Shown here one piece after another: positions 42,131 to 53,850 of a stretch of 64,000 nucleotides of DNA (the first letter of the stretch is position 1; every line of letters begins with the position of its first letter). This DNA is from the human T2T-CHM13v2.0 reference genome, Homo sapiens. A model generated the notes under the pieces. The model was not told the origin of the DNA. It worked only from the letters and a program-made list of their open reading frames with translations, and searched no databases. Both the position numbers and the translations under genes were made by a program. Location: NCBI RefSeq assembly GCF_009914755.1, contig NC_060927.1. The stretch is one strand, 5' to 3'.

Positions 42131-43525
42131 AGAATTCATTCATTTTTATGATCCAAAATTGTTATCATATATTTCCAGTGGCATTTACAAACGTGCATTG
42201 TAATAGAACAGTTGTTCTACCCTTCTCTAAAACCTTTGACAAAAATTGAAATGGGTAAGCAATGACTTTTCTGAAATTCAATGATGAATTTTTACTATAA
42301 TTCTTACTGTGTTCCTTAACAACAATTTCTCTTTCTCTTTTGAAGTCCTTGAGTAGTTTACACTCAAATCAAAATTGAATAACACTTTTCAACAAATCAG
42401 CTGTTAGCTCTAACTTTAAGTTTAGGCTTCTAAGCTGACTTTTTCACTCTGCTATATAATTAAAAGGTCTTGTTACCCAGGGCTGCGTCCCTCATTTTTA
42501 TACCTATCCCTCCTGATGCTCTGATACCTGAGATTGGTTTTCATCGTGGGGTTTAAATATGAAAATATAAAGAGATTTTATGAAACCCTAGTGCAATTTA
42601 AATGAATTCAGTTTAACTTTAAATGCTTTCAAAAATGCATTGCTGCTAACAAATAAAAAAATTTAAAAAAATTCTGCACAGATGCAAACAGCCTCAAGGG
42701 CCTTCTATTTTATACATTTAAATGTGAGTTGCAGGAAAATGGATAATATTTCTAAAGATATAAAGTAGAAATTTCTGAACATTTATCTTGAGAATGATGT
42801 TCTGAAATATTCAGGCAGAATTTGAAGTCATTAAACTTTCTTTAACAAAAAAAAAGTAATTTTAACCAATATTATACAGTCAGTGATGCCTTTTTGAAAT
42901 CAGTAAAAGATAAGTCTGGGACTGGCTTTTGAAGTCAGATGAAAACAGCCTCAAAGGGCACTTGAAAATCCAACAAAACTCCAAACAATGTTTTGTAGAA
43001 ATGAGAAAGTGGGATGAGTTCTTTCATTTTGAATCTTTCACTTCATTGTGAACAGGGTACTTTAGAACCATAATCTGCTGGAGCTGCACAGACCTTTGAA
43101 GCGTGTAGGCTAATTTTACAGAAGAGGAAATCACTCATTAGATTGTGCAAAATACGTTACTTTTAGTTTGTATATACCGAAAGGTTTGTGGCATAACTAT
43201 GAAATTGATATAAAAAATTTGATGAGTGGAGTGGTTAGGGCAACAAACTAATTCAATTACAAATAAAATTATATTTATGATGCATTTAATTTTCCTTAAA
43301 ATATGTACTGTTTTTGTTAGAAATGTATTGCTTTTAATCACAAAGCCCTGAATCTGCTTATCAATTGTTCACTAAGACAATTTCTCAACCAACCATCATA
43401 ATTAATTTCTTTATGTTTTTCTTTCTGGAATTCTGGCATCTATAAAGAGAGTGGTTATCATTTAATGAAGGAATCATCCAAAATAATGAACATAGATTCC
43501 AGTTTATCTGATTCTGTTAACAGTC

Positions 43526-43936
43526 GGCTATGGTTTGGACATGTGTCCCCTCCAAAACTTATGTTGAAATTTAATCCCAATGTTTAAGAGGTGATTAATT
43601 TAGGGCTCTTTGGGTCATGAGGACTCTGCTCTCATGAATGGCTTAATCCACTAATGGATTAATGGATTAATGGGTTATCATGGGAGTAAGACTGCTGACT
43701 TTATGCAAAGATAAAGAGAGACTTGAGCTAACATGCTCACCGTCCTCACCATGTGATACCCTGAGCCTCTTTGGGACTCTTTAGAGAGTCCCCACCATCA
43801 AAAAGGCTCTCACCAAATACAGCCCCTCAACCTTGGACTTCCTAGTCTCCATAACTGTGTGAAATAAATTTCTTTTCTTTGTAAATTGCCCAGTTTCAGG
43901 TATTCTATTATGTGCAACAAAATACAGACTAAGACG
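43526..43936 (+). mobile_element. MaLR solo LTR (MSTC-like)
   Basis: gctatggtttggacatgtgtcccctcc...atggattaatggattaatgggttatcatggg...cagactaagac. Confidence 0.9.
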
Positions 43937-44869
43937 CATGCTGTTTGTGTTCACATTCACAAGACACAGCTGAAACGCAGCCAGTAGCAAGGATTAAAAC
44001 AGGAATTTAAAAGAATTAAGAAAATGTGTAATAGATTGCACATCTTAAACTATCAAGTTTGTTAAATGTTGAGATAGTTATTTTTTTCAGTTTGATGTTG
44101 CCTTGTTGCCATATGGTCTATAGCTGGCATTTAGTGATAGCAGGCAGCCCATTTCTTATCTTTATTGTGAACAGCAGGATGTAAATGGCATGACCTAAAC
44201 CAACTGGGCTCGAAGGTGTTAACTCCCTCAGAACTTAACTAAAATGTACACCGTATGCACGTGTGTACTTAGCCTTATGCTTTTTACATCCCGACCTTGA
44301 GTCTTTTTCTTCTTTTTAAGAGATCATACAATTTAGTTTTGTATTTTTGTAATGATTTTTTTTCAATTGACAAATGTTAGCTACATGTTTTTCAATAATC
44401 ATCCTCTTATCTGAGTTCATCACTAAGAGAGAAAAATTGCTTCACGTTATCTTGAGTAACATTTGGATGAGCTATCAGTCATCAACTGAAATTAACCTGA
44501 ACATGTCTCCAATGACATGAAGAACATTTAAGCATGCCAGCTGGAAGGCATTTACAGTTTCATTTTTCCAGCTTCCACAGAAAATCTTTCCCATGAACAT
44601 CTGTGAAGGTTTTATAACGATTAGACTGATGTGAGCTTTGTTTGGAATTAGGGCACTCAGAGCCATTTAAACCAGCCTGAAGTGTCAGAAACATACCCAA
44701 AAATTAAGACCAAGAAGCATTTCAATTCACACATTGCAGCTCTGTCCTCTTGTTTATGATTGATTTAAAGACTATTGCTAATTTTCTAAAAGGCAGCTCA
44801 GAGCATGCACAACCTCTTTAGTGTCGTGTTTGTTCTCTAGTATTCCCTCATCACGATGATTGTTAACCT

Positions 44870-45050
44870 TAAAATTGGAAAGACCCTGTAGATCACCTGA
44901 TCCAACACTACAATTTTATTACTGAAGAGACTTGGCTCTAGAGAGATTGAATGGGTTATCCAGATCTACATACCTACCTCATGGCAACATGAGGACAAAG
45001 CCCAGATCTCCCTCCTCCAAGTTCAATGTTGTTTCTACAATATCAGGGTG
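44870..45050 (-). mobile_element. MIR3/MIRc
   Basis: ttggaaagaccctgtagatcacctgatccaacac...ctctagagagattgaatgggttatcc. Confidence 0.65.
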
Positions 45051-45577
45051 CTTTCCTTATTCTTTCAAAATTATAAATATGTGAATTATGTTGATATTTG
45101 TATTCATATGTGGAGACTTTCATGAGTCATCATTACAAACCAAAGATGATATAAAAACAGTGTCAACATACTTACAATAACATAGAAAAATTATCTTTGA
45201 TCACTGTGAAAACTACATTTTTACTGCAGTAGACAGGCGCTTTATAGCATATACACTTGCTAGATTGTAAGCACTGATTCAGAATTTTTAATACTTTGTA
45301 AAGAAAATTAGCATTTAGTAGCTTTATGTCAATATTCAAAGTCAGATCTTTTTCTCTTAAGTAGCTTCTGTAGAGTAAAAAATAAAAGGAACTTAGCATC
45401 ACCTGTTAAACTGAGATTCTAAACATTGCAGAGTCTCAAAGGCGTATATAGTTATTTTCCCTGCTTCTAGGACTCCCATATTTAAACAATTCCAGATACA
45501 TAAAAATCTACTATGTTTTTAAAGAGTTTTTCTAAATAGTTTATTGAAACCTTTAAAATTTAACAAATCTCTATAAC

Positions 45578-45765
45578 ATGGTGGAGTCAGATCTGGACTC
45601 AAACCCCACCTCTGTCATTTACTGGCCATGTGATTTGGGGAAAATCCGTCTAAGCTTCAATATCTTCAAAAAAAGTATAAATAGCCAGTTCATAAGATTG
45701 TGAAGAAGATTAACTGATAACCCCCTAATTTAGAACCTAGCACATAAGAAGTGTTCAAAAAGTGG
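45578..45765 (+). mobile_element. MIR
   Basis: ggagtcagatctggactcaaaccccacctctgtcatttactggccatgtgatttgggg. Confidence 0.78.
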
Positions 45766-46377
45766 TAATTCCCAATAATTTTTTAAAACCAATCATCTCA
45801 CTATTTACTGAACATATAGTAATCAAAATATTAGAAGATATGCCTTGGAAAAGCAAAAGAAATATTACACGCAGTGCTGTCTTCAGAGCTACAAAGCACA
45901 TATAGTCATGAACAAAACGACTGGTATTAGGCAGTATGATTAAGACCAAAATGGGTAGACCAGGTACTAGATGGATAAAAGTTATATCTGTCCAGAAGTT
46001 GGGTTAGTCGGGAAAGACTTTGACAACATCTAAGTTGAGTCTTGTAATTAATAGAATTAAATAATATTCACAGAAGTAGAGAGAAATGGATTGGGCAGGG
46101 AGAAAGAATAGACCAAGTGAGCTAATCCATGAAATTTGAACTGTTATTGTCTTCAATCTGATGAGAGAAGAAGTTCATATACAACACATAAAGTTAGGCA
46201 TCAGCACCATGAAAAGCTCTAAAGATGATGGTGAAAAGTTATAGACATATGTCCTGGATATTATTAGTAGATCATCTTGATTTCAAATAATTTCCCATTT
46301 TTACCCATAAATTCGAGGATTTAAAAAAACTGTCCCTGGTTCCATTTTCCCTCCCCAAATTGTTTTTTCTCAATTCA

Positions 46378-47035
46378 CCACATATTGTGAGCAGGAATGT
46401 AAAAGGGTGCAACCGCTGTAGAAAACAGTTTTGGCAGTTCCTGAAAAAGTTCAACAGTGTTTCAATATGACCCAGCAATTCTGAGCCTAGGTGTATACCC
46501 AAGAGAATTTAAACATATGTTCATACCTTAAAAAGTTCATAGCAAAAGCATTTCTAACAGCCAAAAAGTATAAAGAACCTAAATCTCCATCAACTGATGT
46601 CTGGATAAACAAAAGGTGGTACATCCATACAATGGATTATTCAGCCATCAAAAATAAAGTACTGATACATACTACAACATGGTGAACCTTGAAAACATTA
46701 TGCTAAGTGAAATAAGTCAGATGCAAATGACCACATATTATATAATTCCATTTTTATGAAATGTCCAGCATAGGCAAATCCATAGAGGCAGGAAGTAGAT
46801 TAGTGATTGCCAGGGGCTGGGGGAAGGGGAAAATAGGAAGTGACTACTAATGAGTGCAGGGTTGCTTTGTGAGTTGATGAAAATGTCTTGGAATTAGATA
46901 ATAGTGTTCAATACATAATCTTACATAACTTACATAATCTTACATAACTAAGGTAATATACTAAAAACCACTGAATATTGAAAACCCACCTTAAAATGGT
47001 GAATTTTAAATTTGTGAATTATATCTCAAATTTTT
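46378..47035 (+). mobile_element. L1MB-type 3' fragment
   Basis: aaccttgaaaacattatgctaagtgaaataagtcaga...ggcaaatccatagaggcaggaagtagattagtgattgccagggg. Confidence 0.88.
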
Positions 47036-47977
47036 AAAGAACATGCAGAACGAATAAAAGCCCATTTCTTCTCATTGAAGACTTAGAGGCAGGCCTTAAG
47101 CCCCTCCCCACTTGGCAATTCAACCTCTCTACTCCTTATAGTTCCTTTAGAAGTCGTGCCTCAGATCCCTACCATTCCCCCACACAAGTTTGGAAACAAC
47201 TGCCATAAAACTTGAAAATATTTTAAGCGTCTAATACATCACTTCTGAGAGTGCTTATCACACCCAGAAGTAAAATCTTTATATAGTCATAACTACTAAT
47301 TTTTATTTGGTAAATACGGTCACCCTATCTTGAAGAAAAGGGATCCTTAAAAGTCAAGTGTTTTGTAGGGCATTTCGTAAGTATTTTCTCCACAAAGCGT
47401 TTGAGACTAAGACTAACTAGGTTAGGAGATGGGCAATAAAAGTCTAAAAGACTTGATCTTTAACATTTACACCCCCAGCAGCTACTTTTTTTTTAACTAG
47501 GAAAATGCCTAATGGATTTTTGGATGCTAGTATTAAAATAAACCTATAAATGTTTGTATACCCATTAGCTTGCTAAAACTAGAAAATATATTTTTGAGGA
47601 AAGTCAAGCATAGAAAAGCTGCGGGGGTTGGGGGAGGCAGCACCTACAAGTTTAGGTTGTCTCTCTTACTCCAGCAAGAATAAAAAGCAAGGGAACCGTG
47701 CCCACCACCAGCTATCTTCCTTATCCAAATGAAAATTACTTCTTACTTTCCTAATTTAGTTGTAGTGTGGGCAGTTAACAAATATATTATTTCAGCCACA
47801 AAACCAAAATATTATATTAGTATTAACAAGCAGAGTTATAATTCCAATTTAATGTGGCAGGTAGAACTAAAGGCATAAATCACACCTGAGTACACGTGAT
47901 TATAAAGTTATTAGTTCTCAAAATATAATTTGGTAGTCTTTACTTTGTGTTATTGTTGCTGCACTTAGCAATTTTGC

Positions 47978-47980
<3 letters not shown>

Positions 47981-48016
<36 letters not shown>
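47981..48016 (+). repeat. (GT)n microsatellite
   Basis: Direct reading. Confidence 0.97.
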
Positions 48017-48018
<2 letters not shown>

Positions 48019-48244
48019 CATGTTGAATGGGGTACCTGGTACCATTGACATTTATTTTCATGCTTGCAAATTTCCTATAGATATGTCTTTTCAGTAAGTA
48101 TTTTTTTCCTACTATATTTGGAATATTTCGCCATAACTTCTGGGCCCACATGACACTTCCCACTTGGGAGATCTGATAAGATCTATTCATTGTATCAATC
48201 AGTATGGAAGATGTAAGTAATTAACACATATATAGTACAAGCTG

Positions 48245-48450
48245 GTACTATACTGAGCACTTCTCATGCATTGCTTTATTGAATTCTCACAGGCCTATGA
48301 GACAAATTTGATGATTAACACCACTTTACAGATAAGGAAACTAAGGTGTAGAACAGCTAAGTAACTTGTTCAGGGTCACATGGTAATGTTTTAGACCCAA
48401 AATTCTAGTGTAAGTTTAGTCTAATTGCAAAGTCAATGACACTAAAACAC
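48245..48450 (-). mobile_element. MIR
   Basis: tttacagataaggaaactaaggtgtagaacagctaagtaacttgttcagggtcaca. Confidence 0.82.
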
Positions 48451-48667
48451 TTCATTATATATAGTACATTCCAGAAATTTTCCTGAAATCTTTTGCATAC
48501 ATTTCTGCCTAAAAAAGAAAAAGACAAGCATTTTGTTTTCAAAATCATTATCAATCATGAAATGTTTAGAAGTGTGATGGCTGCATTTTTGGCCTTCTTA
48601 ATATCAGCATGGATAAGACTCAGAGGCATGAAAGAACAGGCACCTATAAAAACTGGCCAAAAGTAAA

Positions 48668-48678
48668 ATATATGTATA

Positions 48679-48741
<63 letters not shown>

Positions 48742-48780
48742 CTCATATGTGTGTGTGTGTGTATATATCTATCTATCTAT

Positions 48781-48815
<35 letters not shown>

Positions 48816-48816
48816 T
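48668..48816 (+). repeat. Compound microsatellite (TG)(TA)(GA)(TG)(TATC)(TAGA)
   Basis: Direct reading. Confidence 0.97.
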
Positions 48817-48968
48817 GAAAATGATTACATCAGTAATAGTGGGTAGGCAAAGGAAAGAAAAATGAAAAAGACTTATCAAGACACAGGTTGTTCTCCATCT
48901 GTCAGAGTTAGAAAAAAAAAGATTCAGGTTGACAAGACATGTAGAAAGTCTTAAAATAAATAGAAGGC

Positions 48969-49344
48969 TATTAGACTGAAGTGGTTTTAATGCCCTGGGT
49001 TCCTACCCAAGCAAACCAAAACCAGACTCAAATGCATTTCTTGTAAATGATTGACTTAGAGGAAAACAAAATCTAAACTTAATCATCAGAAACCACCAAT
49101 TTACCTCTAATTACATAAATAGAACTTTTTACCTATATAGTCCAATTAAGGCAACTACATAGCTATAACAAATCATTTTTTTTTGCATTGCTTCCACTTT
49201 TACTTTATAAAAGCTTTTTCTTCGAGGCCTTTAGGTAGAGCCACAACCACAAACTACGGTTTTCAACTGCCCAATTCATAAATACTAGTTTGCTCAAATA
49301 AATGCTTAAAAAATTTTTAATGCACCTCAGTTTAATTTTTAACA
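48969..49344 (+). mobile_element. ERV1-class solo LTR (MER34/LTR47-like; subfamily uncertain)
   Basis: TATA-like tataaaagc; ctgcccaattcataaat...tttgctcaaataaa...ttttaaca LTR 3' end. Confidence 0.6.
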
Positions 49345-50248
49345 GTACATTCCCATATAAATGGTTCTTGTTTGGAAACAAGTACTTTTCAAAGTGACTT
49401 GGATAAATACATTGTCAGGGAAGAGGTTAGAGTGTGTGGGCCTACGAACACTGAACAGTTTCTCATAATTCATTAGCTTTTTCAAAGGTAAATAGGAGAA
49501 GCATTCATTTACCACAACTTAAGACTCTGCTTGGGATGCTATGGAGAGGATTTGTCCAACTTGCATTAACATAGGGGTGTTCTATGAGGAAGAGACAAAG
49601 TTCCTACTGGGAATATGGCTCTAATACACCACTAATACACCTGGAGAGCCATTTGTTTAGGAACGGCTAGCAAGATCAGATCTTTCAGCCACTATAATAA
49701 GGATATTTGTGTATATTCTAGTATGATCACAATGGGCCTGAGAAATAATAAATATGGTTTTCATTAATTCCAGTGATTTAAAATTTCCATAAATCATTAA
49801 CTCACTAAGTGAATGCTGAGTGTCTGTGTAGTAGAGTGAAAAATGAAGTGGACCTGCAACCATGGGTGGAATTTTTGCCACTTACTATGTACCTTGATCA
49901 AGATCTTCAACTCTCTGAGCCTCAATTTCATCAATAAAGTGAAGACCATTCAGCAGGTAATTGTTGAATAATTACTAAGCACTTGGCATTGTGGGATATT
50001 AAAGAACAGTGAGACAGAGCCCATACCCCACGTAGGATTTAGGATACTCTTTGTTGTTACTCCATAAAATAAAGACATTGGCTACAGAGAAAGTCAGCAC
50101 TTCACTAATATTTATTGAGATGCCAGACCTCATCTACTTATTTTGGTGAAGAAGATAATACGCAGTTCAGTGATTTTGTTGCTTTAGGAAAACCTCCAGA
50201 AGGTTGTAGAAGTGCAGGATTACAATCTCATTCTCATCTTTCCATTCT

Positions 50249-50462
50249 TAATGGTTATTAAGAGCAGCCTCTGGAATCAGACTGCTTGGGTTCATGTCCA
50301 TAGTCTGCGACTTACTGTGTGACTTTGGACAAATATGCCTTAGTTTTCTCATCTGTAAAATGAAAATCATGAAAGTATACATCTCACATTGCTGTGAAAA
50401 TTAAATAATGTACATAAAACATTTGAGAAGTATAGCTGACATATGTGTTAGCTATTATTATT
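50249..50462 (+). mobile_element. MIR
   Basis: ctctggaatcagactgcttgggttc...gccttagttttctcatctgtaaaatg. Confidence 0.88.
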
Positions 50463-51331
50463 AAAATTAGCCTGTCCACACAAATTAATCTAACATATAG
50501 AGTCCAGTAGGCACCAAAATAGTGGCAGGCAATTATGGATTTGCCTTTGTAACAAGTGTCTAAACACAGATTAAATTAAATATAACACAGATTAGGTTAA
50601 ATATCCAAGTTACAATTTATCAGTGATGCTAAGTTATAGAAATATATAAATATCATGACGCAAGGCCATTAGACAACAGATAATGGAGAGCATTGTTATA
50701 CACAATTAGATGTTTCATAAGAAAGTAATAAAAAATATGTATTTTTAATGTGTGTGAGTCTTTAGGCAAAGGCAAATGGCATACACGTTTAAGCTAAATA
50801 TTAATGCATTCATTTCAACAAACGCAAAAGTCCTTTCCTTCAATACTTAGTAGTAAAGACTACCAAAAATGTCAAAATAATATCAAGACTGTTGATTACA
50901 AGCAATAATATTCATCTAAACTAAATATTTTTAAGAGCAGAAGGAGAGAAAAAGTGGCAGTTTCAAAAGGAAAAAGAAACAATTTTAATATTTGGCCTGT
51001 TTCCTGAAGTTTCTATTTGGGGCATTTAATTCTATTTCACTTTTGTTTTATCTTCTCATTGAATTTGTCCAGAGAGCAGGAAGGAGTTCTGTTATTATAT
51101 TTTGTGGGTTGTAAACCTTGACATGTCACTCCTTTTTAATGCATTAGCATTCAGAAACTTAACCTCTTATTTCTAGAGGAGAAAATTGTCCCTTGATTAA
51201 TGTCCTGAAGACTTGTACACTTGCTATTTATTATTTTCAAAGAACTATCTCCAAGGAGTAAGGATTTGAATGTATGAAGGATATTAATTTTAACCCTATT
51301 ATAAATCATTTCACCACATTTCTTTTCCTTC

Positions 51332-51589
51332 TCTGTGTAAAACTCCCATGTTAACGTGGCAACTGTAAGTCATAACAAAATTCCACAACGTCCGGTGAGA
51401 TCTTCCACCAAAGTGATTACATGCACAGATAAGATCCAAATGTGCTATATACCATTTTATTTCTGTGTAAAACTTCCATGTTAACATGGCAACTGTAAGT
51501 CATAACAAAATTCCACAACGTCCGGTGAGATCTTCCACCAAAGTGATTACATGCACAGATAAGATCCAAATGTGCTATATACCATTTTA
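51332..51589 (+). repeat. Two-copy tandem duplication, 130-bp period
   Basis: 51332-51459 and 51462-51589 differ at 2 of 128 positions. Confidence 0.98.
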
Positions 51590-52263
51590 AACACCCGAGG
51601 ATTTACATTCCATGTTAGCATATGAAAATCCCTGTAAAGAAGACTTTAACTTTTTACAAGCATAACATTTTTTAGTACACTGTCTCCCAAACATTTCAAT
51701 CATGGAAAGTTTTTTTTTTTTGATGCACCTATTAACATTTTATAGAACTTTTGTCCTGTAGGACACATCTTGGGAAGTAATACTGACAAACACAGAGCAG
51801 CACTTTAATACCTAAAAAAGCTCACGTATAAAGAACAAAGTACAGTCCTGGAAGTGCCAGCAGGCCTCTGAAGTAGCTACAAGAAAAATAGCTGGCACAA
51901 AGCAATGCACTTGAATCCATAAATGAGCTTCCCTCAGTCCTTCACCCACACAACTGTTTTCAAATTAAGGCTACAACTCAGGAGTTGAGGCTCACTGCTG
52001 GTGATGAAATATATCTCCCAGAGGTGTTCACAGAGGACAGCAAATGGCAGCATGCAGAAATCACAAGAGCATAGCATAGTGAGACTGTTTACAGACAGGA
52101 AAAATAGTTCTAGACACATCAGCAGACTTTGGGGGTATATTACATATTAAAAGTTGAAATAATTTATATTAATAATAATAACACTAATTTTTCCAGAGGA
52201 AGTCATGTTCAATATATCACCTTTAAGTGGGTAATCTAGTGTGAAATACACTTCAGAAAGATT

Positions 52264-52577
52264 CGTTTTTATTTTTTTAAGACAGGGTCTTACTCTGTTG
52301 CCCAGACTGGAATGCAGTGGTGCAACCATAGCTCACTGCAGCCTCAAACTCCAGGCTCTGGGCTCATGCAATCCTCCTGCCTCAGCCTCCCAAGTAGGTA
52401 GGACTACAGGCACAGACCACCACGCTTAGCTAGGTTTTTTGTTGATTTGTGTGTTTATTGTAGAGACACAGTCTCACTATGTTACCCAGGCTGGTCTTGA
52501 ACTCCTGGGTTTGAATAATCCTCCTGCCTCAGCCTCCAGAAGTACTAGGACTACAGGTTGAGCCACTACACCCAGAC
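52264..52577 (-). mobile_element. AluJ
   Basis: atagctcactgcagcctcaaactcc; TSD agaaagatt (52255-52263 / 52578-52586). Confidence 0.94.
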
Positions 52578-52949
52578 AGAAAGATTTCTATTAAAAAAAT
52601 TAAATTTAAAAGTTTCGGTACGTAAGAAAATTTATATTTAATGGTGCATCTTAATTTCAAATGATAAGAGAAACTTTCTAAAAGCTATTCTAGTGGTAAT
52701 CTTACTGTGGGGAAAGAAACCATAGGAATCACACTAAATATGTTTAGATTTATACTCTGAATGAAATAGGTTTAGAATATACAGTTTTCAATAAATGAGT
52801 TAGAAAAAAACTTTGAATTCATCTGTGATGCTAACCATGGGAATATTTTATCTTCTAGTGTTATTACATTAATCTACATAAACAAGATGGCTTGCCTGAT
52901 AAGAAGTAACTCGCCCCTTCCCTCATTTCCAATGAATTAGTTATAAAAT

Positions 52950-53047
52950 ATGGCTGCCAGATTCAGCATGCAAAAATATATGATACCTAGTCTGAAATTC
53001 TCTGAAAGTAAATTTAACTGGTATTTTATCTTTATCTAGCAACCCTA
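52950..53047. mobile_element. MER53-like hAT element, internally deleted
   Basis: Inverted termini ggctgccagat... / ...atctagcaacccta. Confidence 0.7.
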
Positions 53048-53190
53048 CTACAGGTATAAAATATATTATGGATATAAGAAGCTATAGGAAAGTGGATCTT
53101 CAAGTTCATAGGGCACCCCTGGGGAAGATGGACAATTAAGTAGTTAGGTGTTTTAAAACAAAAATAAAGAAAATAGATTAAAATTACTAA

Positions 53191-53354
53191 TCTACCTTCT
53201 GTCATGGGATGATGAAGCAAGAAGGCCCTATCCAAATGCCAGCCCCTCAGTCTTAGACATCCCAGGCTCCAGAACTGTTAGCAATAAATGCCTGTTCATT
53301 ATACATTACTCAGTCTCCAATATTCTGCTGTAGCAGCATAAAATGGACTAAGAC
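53191..53354 (+). mobile_element. MaLR LTR 3' half (MSTD-like)
   Basis: catgggatgatgaagcaagaaggccct...aataaa...aatggactaagaca. Confidence 0.85.
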
Positions 53355-53659
53355 AACAATCAACTTGGAAGAACACTCCCAGTTATGAAGATCCCTATCC
53401 TTGACCCAATGTGGGTAAAAGGCACTACTTCCTTCCTCATACAATAAATGTACTTCTGTCTGAGTGTGTGACTGCTCAGTGTATCCACCTAGGTGTATTG
53501 AAGTTGGGTGGAAACAGCTAGCTATTTCTATAAGCCTGGACATATGTTACAACTTAAGCTGAGTAAAATACCTTGGAGAAAACAAAATCACAGTGTCTGG
53601 AGTTCAGGTGAAAACAAGGGACCACAATAGATCACTGTGACATCCTCAGTGCCAAGGTT

Positions 53660-53850
53660 AATGTCTAAGACTAGGGACTTGGACGTAATAGTATTCTTGG
53701 AGAAATTGCTTTATCTCTTATGCCTCAGGTTCCTCATCTGTAAAATGGGTAGAATAATGGCTCTTACTTCAAAAAGTTGTCATGAAGATTTAACAAGGGC
53801 TTACAACAGTGCATGTTCATAGTAGCCTTTGATAAACGTCACTCATTTTT
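53660..53850 (+). mobile_element. MIR
   Basis: tgcctcaggttcctcatctgtaaaatgggtagaataat. Confidence 0.82.

Noticed and set aside
46912-46949. tacataa(t)ct short tandem repeat
   Set aside because: Ordinary slippage inside an L1MB 3' UTR.
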